Position numbers and translations under genes: made by a program | Notes under the pieces: model-generated | Databases searched by the model: none | Told to the model about the DNA's origin: nothing | Seen by the model: the letters and a program-made list of their open reading frames with translations, nothing else | In this document: piece after piece, positions 15,806 to 27,636 of the stretch | How positions within the stretch are numbered: the stretch's first letter is position 1 | Layout of the letters: the number at the start of each line of letters is the position of its first letter | Source: Hormiphora californensis | Lineage: Eukaryota; Animalia; Ctenophora | Assembly: GCA_020137815.1 (NCBI GenBank) | Contig: CM035352.1 | Coordinates: forward strand, 4,898,001 to 4,962,000 | Reading direction: 5' to 3' | DNA: 64,000 bases

Positions 15806-18800
15806 CTGTCTTAGTTTGGAGACTTCTTCCACCATTTTCCCCCGTATTTCCCTCTCATCTCTGGATAGCACTATCTTGGCCTTGGGCAGGAGGTCAAACA
15901 ACCTATTAACAGGGGATCTCACCAGCACTAACAACCTCAGGGCACCCTCAGATAACCTCGTATCCTGATATCTCATCGTATCCATTAACACTTTAACAAG
16001 CTCTTCCCGTCGTGTAAAGAAGTAGTTTGAGGGAGTTAGGAAGGTTGTTAGGGTTCCTCTAAACTCGTTCAACCCCTCACCACCATCATTCAACATACAC
16101 ATCACCATTTTATCAAGGTTGGAAACAAACATCTTGTCAAGGTTGAACAGACCCAGAATGTCATCCCAGAGCCCCTCTTCAAGCCGGTTATCGTAGCAGT
16201 GCCTGACTGAACCGTAGATGGAGGTTGTAACCCGCATCCAGTACTTGTATAGGAATATCTCATATGCGTAGGATAGGGCTGAGAGAGTCCGCTGTTTGAT
16301 AGCGAATATCTTCTTGTTGAAGGGGAGATCCCTGAACCGAAATTGAGTCTTAAATGCTATTTCATTCGTTGTTTTTGATCCGTTCGAGTCGGAGGTGTAG
16401 TTGTCAGTCTCCCCGTTAAGAAACTGAATAAGTGCCTGGATAATTTTCATTACATTTACATCTCCGTCATCTTCGAAGAATCCCGCCCGGAACATGTATT
16501 CCACCAGCCTTATCATTTCATAGTTAAAATCATTCGTTCGCTCTGATTCCCGATCGCATACTGAGCTGTACGCGTTTTTCTCCGTCAGAAAGGTCGTCAA
16601 TGTTTTCAACAGAGCCCCCTCTCCGTTACCCAACTGCTTCTTCTCCTTCTTGCCCTCATACTGGAATGTCAGCATACTGGGGATCACTTTAGTCTCCCTG
16701 TACCCAGAGTCAATATGGACCGCGATAAGGATCCTGATATACCACGTCCGAATTGGCTTATCGATACCCTGCGTGGTGATCACCCCTAGACACTCTGGTT
16801 GGGAGAACATGCCCAAATCATCGACCACTTTAATTAAGTTGGGGTTCACATGCCTCCCAAAGAGGAGGGCCTCATAAAGACCCAGCTGGGTCAGAAGATC
16901 AAGATACCCATCCTTGTTTCGTTGATACTTCAAGAGTGAGACACCCCCAAACAGAACTTCCTTGGTCTCCCCTCGGAACTCGTGAGTCAACATTGAGGGA
17001 GAGAGCTTCCCGTTTTTGAAGAGAGCCTGGGTCACTATCATCTGATTCCGGGGGACTGTCCTACTTTTTGTCCGGCACACTTTCGCTAGGATCTTTGTGA
17101 TTTCCCGTTTTTCCAGCACATCCTTGGTAGTCTCAAGGCGTAGTAACATGCTCGATAATGTTGACTCTGGGAGTCTGGTTAGAATTGGCTGACTGCCACC
17201 TACCAGGGTGCATAACGGGGAAATCACATCGGGGAGAACCTCGACACTGTAACGGAGATTGGGTAACAACATCCGGGGGATGATGTTAATCAACTTGTCC
17301 ACAAAGTCCGTTACGTGAGATGCGGGTGTGAGGGTAGTGGTGAGGGTGTTCGCCAGACGACACACGTCATCCAAGGTTTTATCGCTGTCTGGAGTGGACA
17401 ATAACTGGCCTAGGTAGTCCAACAAACTACCGGTAAGTTTCAATTCTGAAAGGTTAGTGACAAGGTCTGGGGATGATTTTATGAGATCAATCATCTCCCC
17501 AATCACTGATGTCAAACTTGCCACTTGATCTGGCTCTAGGTCACGTTTCCGGGCTAATAAATCATCCAGGATCATCTTGAACCCAAGGAATTGAGTGGCA
17601 AAGTGCTGGTTTTTAGAGGACACTCTTTGGACCAACCATACATCTTTAAAAGTTCCCTGGTTCATTGGTTTCAATGTCAGCTCACTTTCCTCCAACCCTA
17701 TAAATCACCTTCCCTGTTTCCAGTCTAACGTGACAGCCACTCTTCAGACCGGCCTTATCTTCCGCTTTCAGCCGTTTAGAGTGGGCGAATGTGATTGAAC
17801 TCTTGTTACCGGGGAACTTCACCTTCTCTCCCGTTAAGAAATTAACCAGCCTGATTTCTGTTTTCTTGGGATAACAGGACAACCAGCGAGAGAGTTGGCG
17901 GATACAGGATCAAGAATCCAGAAGGTACTCAGAGAGGTACCAGGGGTGAAGCGGAGTGATGGGTTAAGGAACGAATTGTGGGATTCAGATAGACTCAGCT
18001 GTATGATGTCCCCTCCACAAAGATCGTCAGTAGATCTGGACGTGTCCTGGGCGGGAAATGCATGGTTAAATAATGAAACATGGTTAAATAATGAATAAGG
18101 ATGGTCATAGTGACACCATCATGTGACACACCATATAATACACACCATATTATATACAGTCGGACCCCGATTTAGTGGCATCCTCGGGGGAAAATCCTGC
18201 CACTAAATCGGGGTGCCAATAAATCGGGGTCAAATAATGTTAATTTCCTATATCGGGGAAAAAATATTCTGCCACTAAATCGGGGTCCGACTGTACATAT
18301 GGGCATCACGTGACTTACCCGTGGACGTGTCCTGGACGGGAAATGCATGGTTAAATAATGAAACATGGTTAAATAATGAATAAGGATGGTCATAGTGACA
18401 CCATCATGTGACACACATATAATACACACCATATTATATACAGTCGGACCCCGATTTAGTGGCATCCTCGGGGGAAAATCCTGCCACTAAATCGGGGTGC
18501 CAATAAATCGGGGTCAAATAATGTTAATTTCCTATATCGGGGAAAAAATATTCTGCCACTAAATCGGGGTCCGACTGTACATATGGGCATCACGTGACTT
18601 ACCCGTGATTCATGACGATCAGCAATGGACAGCACAAATCCCTCCTCACGTGGTGGTCCGATATTCACATCGAACACCCTTGGATAGAGACTGTCCTTGG
18701 GTAGCTGCCTGAGACTACACCGAACAAAACCGTCAGGGTTTGAGAATAGGTTGATACTTGATCCATGGACTACGAGGTCCCCAACCGAGAATTCAGATGA

Positions 18801-19998
18801 TATCGGCCGTATCTTGAACCTACAGAACGTTGTATCAGATACTGTAAACGGGTACAGTACTTCAAGGATAGCCATGATCTCATAACCATGCAAACTATTA
18901 AACATACAACTAAACCGGTCCCTGGGTAAATTCCCGGTCAAACCCAGTATTTTTCGATTTTCTTCCCAATTTAATTTTTTCTCAGATCTCATTATTCAGA
19001 AACTAATAAACCAATATAACAGTTAAATTATAAAATACGCTTACTGTGATTTAGCGGAAGCATGTCCTCGGAGTGCGCCCCTGAAGTTCCTGTCTTCTGT
19101 CACAGAGATGAGGTCGGAACTCTGGGATAAGAACCGCCCTGTTGCCCGGTGTTGCAGTTGAACGGTGTGACCATATCGCACCTGCAACAGAACTATAGTG
19201 GAGACTGGTAACAACAGTTGTTATAGTGGGTGGCAGGGGTTGGGGGGGGGTTACCAGCACAACCCACTATTATGGAGCTGATAGCAACAGTGGGCTGGGT
19301 AGATCAGTTGCATGTTCTACCTGCCCCTAGTTTTGGGACAAGATTATTCACCTGTGTGTTCAAGTAACGTGATGTCCGTTTCTTATTTTCTGCATTTTCC
19401 CTCTCCACTAAAGCCTCTAACTTTCCAACCTTATCCCAGTTTTTATCGGACTTCTTCTTTTCCTCTTTTAAGGCATTCCGATCCTCGTACCTTGGAAGAT
19501 ATTGTGTAAGAACAATATTAATATATTTTGACCCAACTTCCATATCCCAAACCCCATGTGCATGATCAGTGTAGATCACCCATGACCATGATTGCACTGA
19601 TAACGCATCATCATCCTCTCAGTCCTTCATGATCACGATGATATAAAACGCTCAGTTCCCCGATCTAATAAAAGTTGATCTACCGAACCCTAACACATCT
19701 TGAATTGTTCATACTTTATTTTTATTCTAAATTGAATTGAAACAGTGTCAAGCGACTCAACACACATCACAGATCGTACTCATGAAACAACATGCGGTGT
19801 GAGCCACACAAATAAAACGTACAAAAATGTTGGCAGAACTCTGAAAGTACACCAATGAGCCTGGGCTTGGTCGGTTGGAACCACAATGAGGTCACTTAGT
19901 TTAGCGAAGTGATAGAAAGACCCAATGAAGCCTGTGCCATCTGGAACAGCCAAGTCCACTAGGTCCCCGTACTGGATGGCACTGAGGAACGCCTTCAT
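15806..19998 (-). CDS. Divergent IP3 receptor/RyR-family protein, N-terminal about 950 aa, 3'-truncated by the gap (exons 19998-19823, 19490-19352, 19181-19045, 18819-18603, 18046-gap)
   Basis: IQYGDLVDL..GFIGS, CTFRVLP, VRYGHTVQLQHRATGRFL, FKIRP..SVGDLVVHG, LCGGDIIQL and WYIRILIAVHID match ITPR suppressor/MIR/RIH segments. Two compensating frameshifts at about 17869 and 17697. Confidence 0.75.
18037..18606. repeat. Direct tandem duplication (about 285 bp x2) of a whole intron, including a Tc1-type MITE
   Basis: Near-identical copies 18037-18321 and 18322-18606, each with its own splice donor and acceptor. Confidence 0.9.
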
Positions 19999-20477
19999 TA
20001 TGGACCTGTTTGTGGACAGGTTAGGTTTGATGGGCTTTCTTGAAGAGGTCCGGAGGTTTGGGGCGTGTCAGGGAGAGGAGGTGGTTGTGGAGTGGGCGGA
20101 AAAGGCAGATCAATGGGAGAAACTACAGGAAATGATCGATTGTCTCTTTGATTACGAATCCTACTGTGAGTAAATAAGCATGATTAAATAGTTTCCCTAC
20201 AGTGTACTACTTGATTCGATTGATTTCTATTGAATGTTTTTAGCGGGTTATTACAGCTAGTTGTTTTGTATGTAATTAGACTAATAAAATATTTTTATTT
20301 TAGACTTGACAATAATGAAAATAAGTTCCATCACCAAATCATTCATTCTACCCCTTCCCTGCAGTACTCTCATGTTACACGTGTCGTGCGATATAATTGC
20401 TTAGCTCGACGATTTATACCTAGCTTACTCAGCCTGGCCATGATCTCTGCACTTTGGGTGACTTGGAAGATCTAGCT

Positions 20478-21382
20478 GTCATTCGGTAAATATCTGGACA
20501 GGTATGATTGTGAGAGAACGGAGCCAGATAGAGCCAAGCGACCTGTTCCAGCGTCTTCCTTGGACATTTTTAGGTTGGACTAGGATGGTGGGAACCTTCT
20601 GCTGCTGGCAGTATTGCCTCACGAGCAATATGTTTCAATGCTACTCTAGCTGCCGCTTTATGCAAGAAAAAACTGTGGCACTACGGATGATTGAATATGT
20701 CATGGCATTTTCTCTATTGGGGACAGATGATCGGTTTGACCAGTGTTCCTAGATCACTTTTTAAGCCTGAATATGATGCAACCATAATTGAAGCGTTTAG
20801 ATTCCATCTTCATCCTTAAAAATTGGATTTTTGCCAAAATTGCGCCTTGCGCACTTCATGGCCATTTTTATACGTTCTAAACGTCTAAATGACTTGAATC
20901 CAACGTTAAATGTTAGCTTATACAATTTTCTAGGTCCTATGTTAGTTTAATCACGATCGGTCAATGGATACCTGGCTCATGGCGGCTTTTTTCAACATTT
21001 GTAAAAAAAATTAAAATCCAGCTTTACCAAATCTAGCGAAAATCGCTTCCCCATGCTAGAAATTTTATCCAAAAATTTCAGGAAGGTGTATGGGGTATCT
21101 CAAGGCATTTAATAAGCAATATATAGGGTTAAAAACTTTCCGAATTATCCGGAAGTAGGTCAAATTGGTCCAAAATTGAGTTAAAAGTTAGCATAAAGCG
21201 GCAGCTAGAGTAGCATGCGCATTGAAACATATTGCTCGTGAGGCAATACTGCCAGCAGGCGAAGGTTCCCACCATCCTAGTCCAACCTAAAAATGTCCAA
21301 GGAAGACGCTGGAACAGGTCGCTTGGCTCTATCTGGCTCCGTTCTCTCACAAACATACCTGTCCAGATATTTACCGAATGAC
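20478..21382. mobile_element. MITE of about 900 bp with about 180-bp terminal inverted repeats
   Basis: 20478-20660 is the reverse complement of 21190-21382, which is why mirror-image ORFs appear in the track. Confidence 0.8.
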
Positions 21383-21412
21383 CTAATATACCAGCTTTAT
21401 TGGTAATCTCTC

Positions 21413-21696
21413 TTCGGACTAACTAGGCATCTCACGGTAACTAGCAGTCACAACAACATGTATAATATACATGTTGTTGTGACCTTCCCAGATGTCCTAT
21501 TAAAAGACCTGGACGGGGTCTGTGATAATAGTAACGAAATGCTTGAACTTATGTGCAACCGGGATAACTGGAGATCGTTCATTACTACTCGACCTCTCCG
21601 GCCGCCATAAGTCAAGTAAGTCAAGTGTGACGGGGGGGGGGAGGGCCGGGCCCCCGTTGTAACTGCTAGTTACCGTGAGATGCTAGTTAGTCCGAA
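21413..21696. mobile_element. Small MITE with about 40-bp TIRs
   Basis: TTCGGACTAACTAG(G)CATCTCACGGTAACTAGCAGT ... ACTGCTAGTTACCGTGAGATGCTAGTTAGTCCGAA. Confidence 0.7.
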
Positions 21697-22244
21697 AAGA
21701 AATTACCAATAACCCCCTGGAATGGAAGGGGGAGATTATAATAATAAATCCCTACCACGAGTCGTGGTCCACGACACCTGGTGATGATGGGGGGGGGGGG
21801 GGGGGCGACATGGTGATTGGTATACCGCATGTCATTATCTGCCACCCCCTGATCCTTATGATCTCTCTTTATGGACGGCAAGTCTCCTTAAAATATACAT
21901 AATATTATGATTACATACCAGAACCTGCCCTATGCTTTGATATTGCTTGTAGGAAATAACTTAGCTCTGTGGGAGTGAGGCTACTAAATGAATAACCATG
22001 ATGATGGGATGTTTCATTTGCCCTGCTAAGATAAAGTGGATAAATGTTCAATTCCTTTGGAATGACGTTTGAAGAACCATTTATCCACTTTATTGAAGTT
22101 GCTGGTCAGGTGGCCGTTAAAGTGGTTTCCTGCATACTACATAAGCAAGATATTCATTGAGTATTCTACGGATAGTAGAATTCTCTATTCCACCTTTTCA
22201 AAGGACCATTGTAGTTTCATTGATTCTTGTTTCGGGGTTGTACA

Positions 22245-23249
22245 ATGCACAACACAGCTTCCTCTGAACCATGTGACCAGTGTACTGGTATGTGGACGCC
22301 ACCGAGCGACTGGTGGGACGATTGGACAGGACCTAGCGACTGGTGGGACGATTGGACAGGACCTAGCGATTGGTGGAAAGAAGATCACCATTTTTATCAC
22401 GATGAGAGCAGGGTTTTTCCCATTGCAGGCCTTTCCTCCTTTACCACGTGCATAGTAGTTCTTGTTGTCAGTGGCTTTGGTATCCTAACAAACATTGCAT
22501 CACTAATCCTGAATACCCTCTTAAAAGAGAGAGGTCTTCCCTCGCAACTAACAAGACTACTCAACATTGTGGATACAGTTGTCTGCCTCATCGCATTCAT
22601 TTCCTATCTAGATGAAACACATGTCGTGCATGCGATGTTCAAGGATAACCTATCATACCTCCTGATCCGTGTGTCTGCGATGGTGACCTGTCTCCTGAGT
22701 GTGTCCCGGACCATCAAGATAACACGGCCCTTCTATCAGATCTCGTCAAAAGGAATCTGGTGGTCTTGTGCCGGCATCACAGCCATCCAAGTCGTTTCCG
22801 TAGTGTGCAGTCTTCTCACTGAGGGGGAAGTTTTCCAGGAATCAGAATGGAGATTCAATCCGTTTCACGTGGTCATGTTCGTTGAGATGGTATTGATCCT
22901 GATAACTGTCCTTATCTCTACCATCCTGTCAATTTGGCAACTAGGAAAATCTACCGAGGTAGGAAACGAACACTCCCTGAAACGCCGAGCAACCATCACC
23001 ATAATAATTATCTCTGTTCTCTACCTTATTTTCAATGGAATCCTAATGATCGCATTTCTGGATAACGTGCTGATCATCATTTCAACACCACACGAAATTG
23101 AGCGGTTTTCTCTCTACCTTGGATCGCCCCTGAACTCCGCCCTAAATCCTCTCGTCATTCTGGCTCGAAAGAAAACTGTACGGCAGCTGGCAGTTTTTAA
23201 CATTTACAACAAGAAACGATCAGGTGGTAATAGAGTCGGTACGGTATAG
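22245..23249 (+). CDS. Intronless rhodopsin-class (class A) orphan GPCR
   Basis: Seven hydrophobic segments; GILTN (TM1), LNIVD (TM2), LSVSRTIKITRPFY at the DRY position, KRRATITI (TM6), NSALNPLV (TM7). Confidence 0.85.
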   Translation: MHNTASSEPCDQCTGMWTPPSDWWDDWTGPSDWWDDWTGPSDWWKEDHHFYHDESRVFPIAGLSSFTTCIVVLVVSGFGILTNIASLILNTLLKERGLPSQLTRLLNIVDTVVCLIAFISYLDETHVVHAMFKDNLSYLLIRVSAMVTCLLSVSRTIKITRPFYQISSKGIWWSCAGITAIQVVSVVCSLLTEGEVFQESEWRFNPFHVVMFVEMVLILITVLISTILSIWQLGKSTEVGNEHSLKRRATITIIIISVLYLIFNGILMIAFLDNVLIIISTPHEIERFSLYLGSPLNSALNPLVILARKKTVRQLAVFNIYNKKRSGGNRVGTV

Positions 23250-23255
23250 AGAGTC

Positions 23256-24090
23256 TAGGGTGTGCTATTTCAAATTTTTTTCGACTAGGCCATTCAGTAT
23301 CTAGCTAATGTGAAACTATGGACAATTCTCTATCACATCAGCAAAACAGAATCTGGATAGTGTTTGTCAGTTACGTTGGCATCGCGATTTAAAAAGTGTA
23401 GTTTTTAACCGAAAAATGGTAAAAACAGGAAAATATGTGTGGTTTTCACCAGTTTTTGACATGTTCTTGATATAAACTTTTTATGGTCAGGGTTGTGTTC
23501 AGCACCTCGAAACTGACAGAATTGATATGCATCATTAAATAATGCTAAAGTTCATTTTTGACCTAAAAATGTTCATTTTTGACAAAAAAATGTTCATTTT
23601 TGACAAAAAATGTTCATTTTGGACATGTTCTTCAATTTTGAGAGCTTTTTCGTGAACGGGATCGTGTTCCGCAGGCCAAAATTAGTCGATTACAACCGAA
23701 ATTTGCTTTCCACCAAGAAAAAACTAAAAAAATTAAAATTCGTCCCCACGATTCTGCAAGTTGGTAAAATTAGCAAGAAAAAAAAAAGGGAGAAATTTTT
23801 TTATTTTTGTTCATAAAGTGGATTTCTGAAGGCTCAAACTCAAAGTAACAGTTGTATAAGTTGTCACGAGACGATTGCTATGTGTGTTTTGTTCGAAACA
23901 ACGCCCTAAAACAGACTTTTTGAAATGAATATGCCCATATATGGGCATAGCTCGTGCCAACGTAATTGGGCCATGGTAGAGCCAAAACTTTGTGATAAAA
24001 TGTTTTAGAATGATCGTAGGAGCTCATTTAACCCGATACCAAGTGAAATTTTGAATTAAATTAGGCATTTGAAAAAATAGCACACCTCTA
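23256..24090. mobile_element. hAT-like non-autonomous element just after the GPCR stop codon
   Basis: Termini TAGGGTGTGCTATTT ... AAATAGCACACCTCTA; TSD not cleanly preserved. Confidence 0.55.
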
Positions 24091-24456
24091 TTAGAGACAC
24101 ACGAATCGATTGTGGAAATTGCAGCTACCACCTTCATCAATTACTGTGACAGATGGTGTCCCCTCAAATCACACGTATATATCCAGATCTTAGAGATAGA
24201 GACAAAAACAGTAACGGTATAGTTCAGTGGGTATTAAAAGTGGTATAATATCCAAAAACCGGTGAACCGTGTAAAATGTGTATAGTGTTTGAAGAATACA
24301 GTGATATCAGTTGTTATGTTCCCGGGGCATGGAGAGAAAGAGAGGGTCGAACAAGACAAGATATCACTTGAAACGCTTCAGAAACAATGGTGTTATTTCA
24401 GCAGGATTTCGGGTGGAGGGATTTATTGAAAATACATATCTTTATTTAGAAGAGTA

Positions 24457-24545
24457 CTAAAGTCGGATTTTTTTAAGTTACCCCAAACTAGTTAATTATT
24501 TAGCACACGAGTTAAGGGGGTGAAAACTTTTAAAAAATCCGACAT
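24457..24545. repeat. Short inverted-repeat element (AAAGTCGGATTTTTT family)
   Basis: GTCGGATTTTTT...AAAAAATCCGAC; a longer relative lies at 48624-48778. Confidence 0.55.
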
Positions 24546-24646
24546 TTAAATGTAACCAATTACAACTACATATTATTATAAGAGTGATCAGTCAATAGAA
24601 TAAAGTGTGGTTATATGAGTTTCTGAACTCTTTTTACAATATCTTT

Positions 24647-25694
24647 CTACAACATTGCTGCAAATAATATTACCACCACCACTCCATAGTTCCATGACAT
24701 TTGCTGCTGGTCACCATTTCTAGACGTTGTATCATTGGCCACTGCATCGGAAAAGCAACACAAAAACTCTGGTATGATATCGTGGATCATGTCCCAGTTC
24801 ACATCCCCTCTGTATGGGTTTCCCTGGTTTAAGTGCTCGTAATCCTGCTCTATCAACCTTAGTACTTGTTGGAGGAATTCGGGGAGGTCACACGATACAC
24901 GGTTAAATAGCTTCAACATACCCAAGTAGGAGTACTGTCTTTTGACCCTTTTTGTGGAGTTGTTGTTGGTGCAAAACAGGGGTGAGAGGAAGGTGTGAAC
25001 AAGGTTCTGGTGGTCAAGTAGGGTTGTAAGGATCACACAGGAGATGGCAGTTGAGTTGGGTTGACAGTGTGAGATATAGAGGGAGTAACTGATGAGAGAC
25101 CTAAAATTCATCTCTCTATCCTCCCCACACATTACCAAATGTAGGACATCGTTAGCTTCATTCTCCAAACATCTATCAAATCGTTTCCTGTCCTTTGGCT
25201 TGAGATTAGCTGAAAAATCAACGTACTCCATGGTAATACCTCGAAGGTCTAGGGCCCCCGAGCAACTCATCTTGTGGACGACACTCAAACAGGCACTCAT
25301 AACAGGGTTTTGAACCCGATCTGGCCAGTCATTGTCTCCGCTGCAGAGGTATGCCTCAGCAAGGCGCAATGCAACCGCTTCATTTGTTGTAGCACTGAAG
25401 GAAAGGAAGGAAAGTTAAAACATGGATAGTTACCCTGAGTTTGAACTAGCAGTATTATATTGTTATGTTCTAACCCTCCTTTACTGTTTACACGCGAAAC
25501 AGAGTCTAGCTAGGCAAGTATTATAGTAGAACGGTTATTTTGTGCTCGAAGATCACTCCTATCCCTGGCACACGGTTTGTGATGTTATATTGAAAGGTTA
25601 CCATGGTTACCAGGGTAACTTTATATGCTAGCTTTCCAACTTACAGTGCACCTCCTACCAGTTCAGCAATGAAAATAGCAAGGAAAGGGGACAT
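24647..25694 (-). CDS. Orphan Cys-rich secreted or GPI-anchored protein, about 266 aa (exons 25694-25645, 25394-24647)
   Basis: Spliced N-terminus MSPFLAIFIAELVGGALATT (signal-peptide-like), about 10 Cys, KRVKR basic site, hydrophobic C-terminus YGVVVVILFAAML. Confidence 0.65.
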
Positions 25695-26148
25695 ACCAGC
25701 AATACGAAATGAACTGGGAACAGCTGGGCACGACTAGGAAGAGAGAGAGTGCATGGTGTCAGTGTCACTAACAACCACGCTTCTGGTGCTCCCGATCATT
25801 AGACATTCCCCCCCCCCCAGTCCAGAGACAGACATGTGACCGGTGACGTAAGTTTTTGGAGAGACAGTGGGAAGAGAAAAGTGATTGTGGCACATCTGGT
25901 ACCAAGATGTGGTGTTGAAGTATGGAACGCGCGGCGACTCAGTCGAGACAGAGTTGCGCGGTTTGGCGCGCCTTTCAAAGCGCCGATCCCTTTTTTCCCA
26001 CGCTCACACACACAACACAACACAAATGACAAACCTTGACCCTTGTCACACATTTTGACACAAACACAGTAACCCAGAAACTACACAATCACACCACTTT
26101 TGTCGTTTAATCACACTAACACTAACCACCTTTTCCCTTTCTAGCAAT

Positions 26149-27482
26149 ATGTCACATTTGGACGAAATTAGGAACAAAATTCACTTGGATGTGTTCACAG
26201 TTCGGAACACAGAAGATACCCGTTATCCTGGAACCTACACTGGCTACGATGATTCCTGGGATTTCAACAAATTTCGAAACAATTTCAAGATTCAGATCAT
26301 TCGTCGAGAGAGCCGGGAAATAGAGTTTGACATGCTAGGAGTGGATACCCCTTTTGCGAATGCTTTTAGACGGATTCTCATATCTGAAGTGCCTACCATG
26401 GCCATAGAAGAGGTCTTCCTGTACAACAACACGAGTGTTATTCAAGATGAGGTGCTGTGTCATAGGCTGGGACTCCTACCTATCAACATTGATCCCAGGT
26501 TAGTGATACCTCTTCAGCTTCCCCCTAGTTGTTGCTTAAGCAAGAAGTTAAGAAGACCCCACCCCTCTTAGTAACCTGTATAGACCCTCCTTTTCCAAAG
26601 AAAAGAACATTTTCCTTCTTGTCGATTTGTAATTCCCTTCCCAGGTTATTTGAAATGAAGGGGGAGGGAGAGGCGGTGGATGCTAAAAACACCCTTCAGT
26701 TCAAACTGAAAATGCGGTGTAAGCGTAATAAGAAAGCCCCAGCGGACACCACTAACCCTGAAGAGATCTATACCAACTCTAAAGTTTACACTCGGCACGT
26801 TGAGTGGGAGCCGCTGGGGAATCAGAGAGAGTGGCTAAAAGGTGCGTGTGTGGTTGGGTACTAAACATTGTAATGGACTGCTGAATTTGGGCCGATGTCG
26901 ACTAACCCAATACCTTGTTATGTTTTATCCCTCCTTTACATCTGTTTCACCGTGTGGGGTGCTTAGATCGGGTCGGCGCCGCGCAAGAACCCGATCTCAA
27001 TTTCTCTCTCTCAATCAGGTGGTGTAAAGTTTTGTCACGACGACATTTTGATTAATGTCCTCCGTCCCGGTCAAGAGATTGACATGACGATGCAAGCAGT
27101 AAAAGGTATTGGATCAGACCACGCCAAGTTTTCCCCTGTCGCCACAGCAACATACCGTCTCCTCCCCGAGATTCAACTGCTGAAAGAATTCCGAGGATCA
27201 GCGGCAGAAAAGTTGAAATCCTGCTTCTCCCCGGGTGTTATTGAGATAGAGAATGGGGTGGCGGTGGTTAAAAACGCACGTCTCGACTCTGGCAGCAGGG
27301 AAGTCCTGCGTCATCCAGAACTAGCTGAGGGAGTTAAGTTGTTGAAATTACGTGATCACTTCATTTTTACCATCGAATCAACGGGGGCAGTTGATCCTCT
27401 GGAGTTGCTGAGAGAGGCGGTTAAGGTTTTAAAGGGGAAATGTGAGGTCTACAGAAAGGAGCTGGATGTCCTGACTACGTGA
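26149..27482 (+). CDS. POLR1C: RNA polymerase I/III shared subunit RPAC1/RPC40 (exons 26149-26498, 26645-26841, 27019-27482)
   Basis: ANAFRRILISEVPTMAIE, NNTSVIQDEVLCHRLGLLPI, LRPGQEI, KGIGSDHAKFSPVATATYRLLP, DHFIFTIESTG. Confidence 0.97.
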
Positions 27483-27636
27483 GGTTGGACTAAACCCAAT
27501 CATAGACTCTGATTTTTTTAGTTATTTAACGGTTTTAACTCTTCTTAATTTATTCTTGATACTCCTGTATGATTTCCTACCGATGACCCCTCTCTCTCTC
27601 TAGAACATAACAAGTAACCCCCTCTCTCCATGTAGT

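Noticed and set aside
20504-21356. Two near-identical ORFs on opposite strands, also 29265/29502
   Set aside because: Mirror translations of transposon inverted arms.
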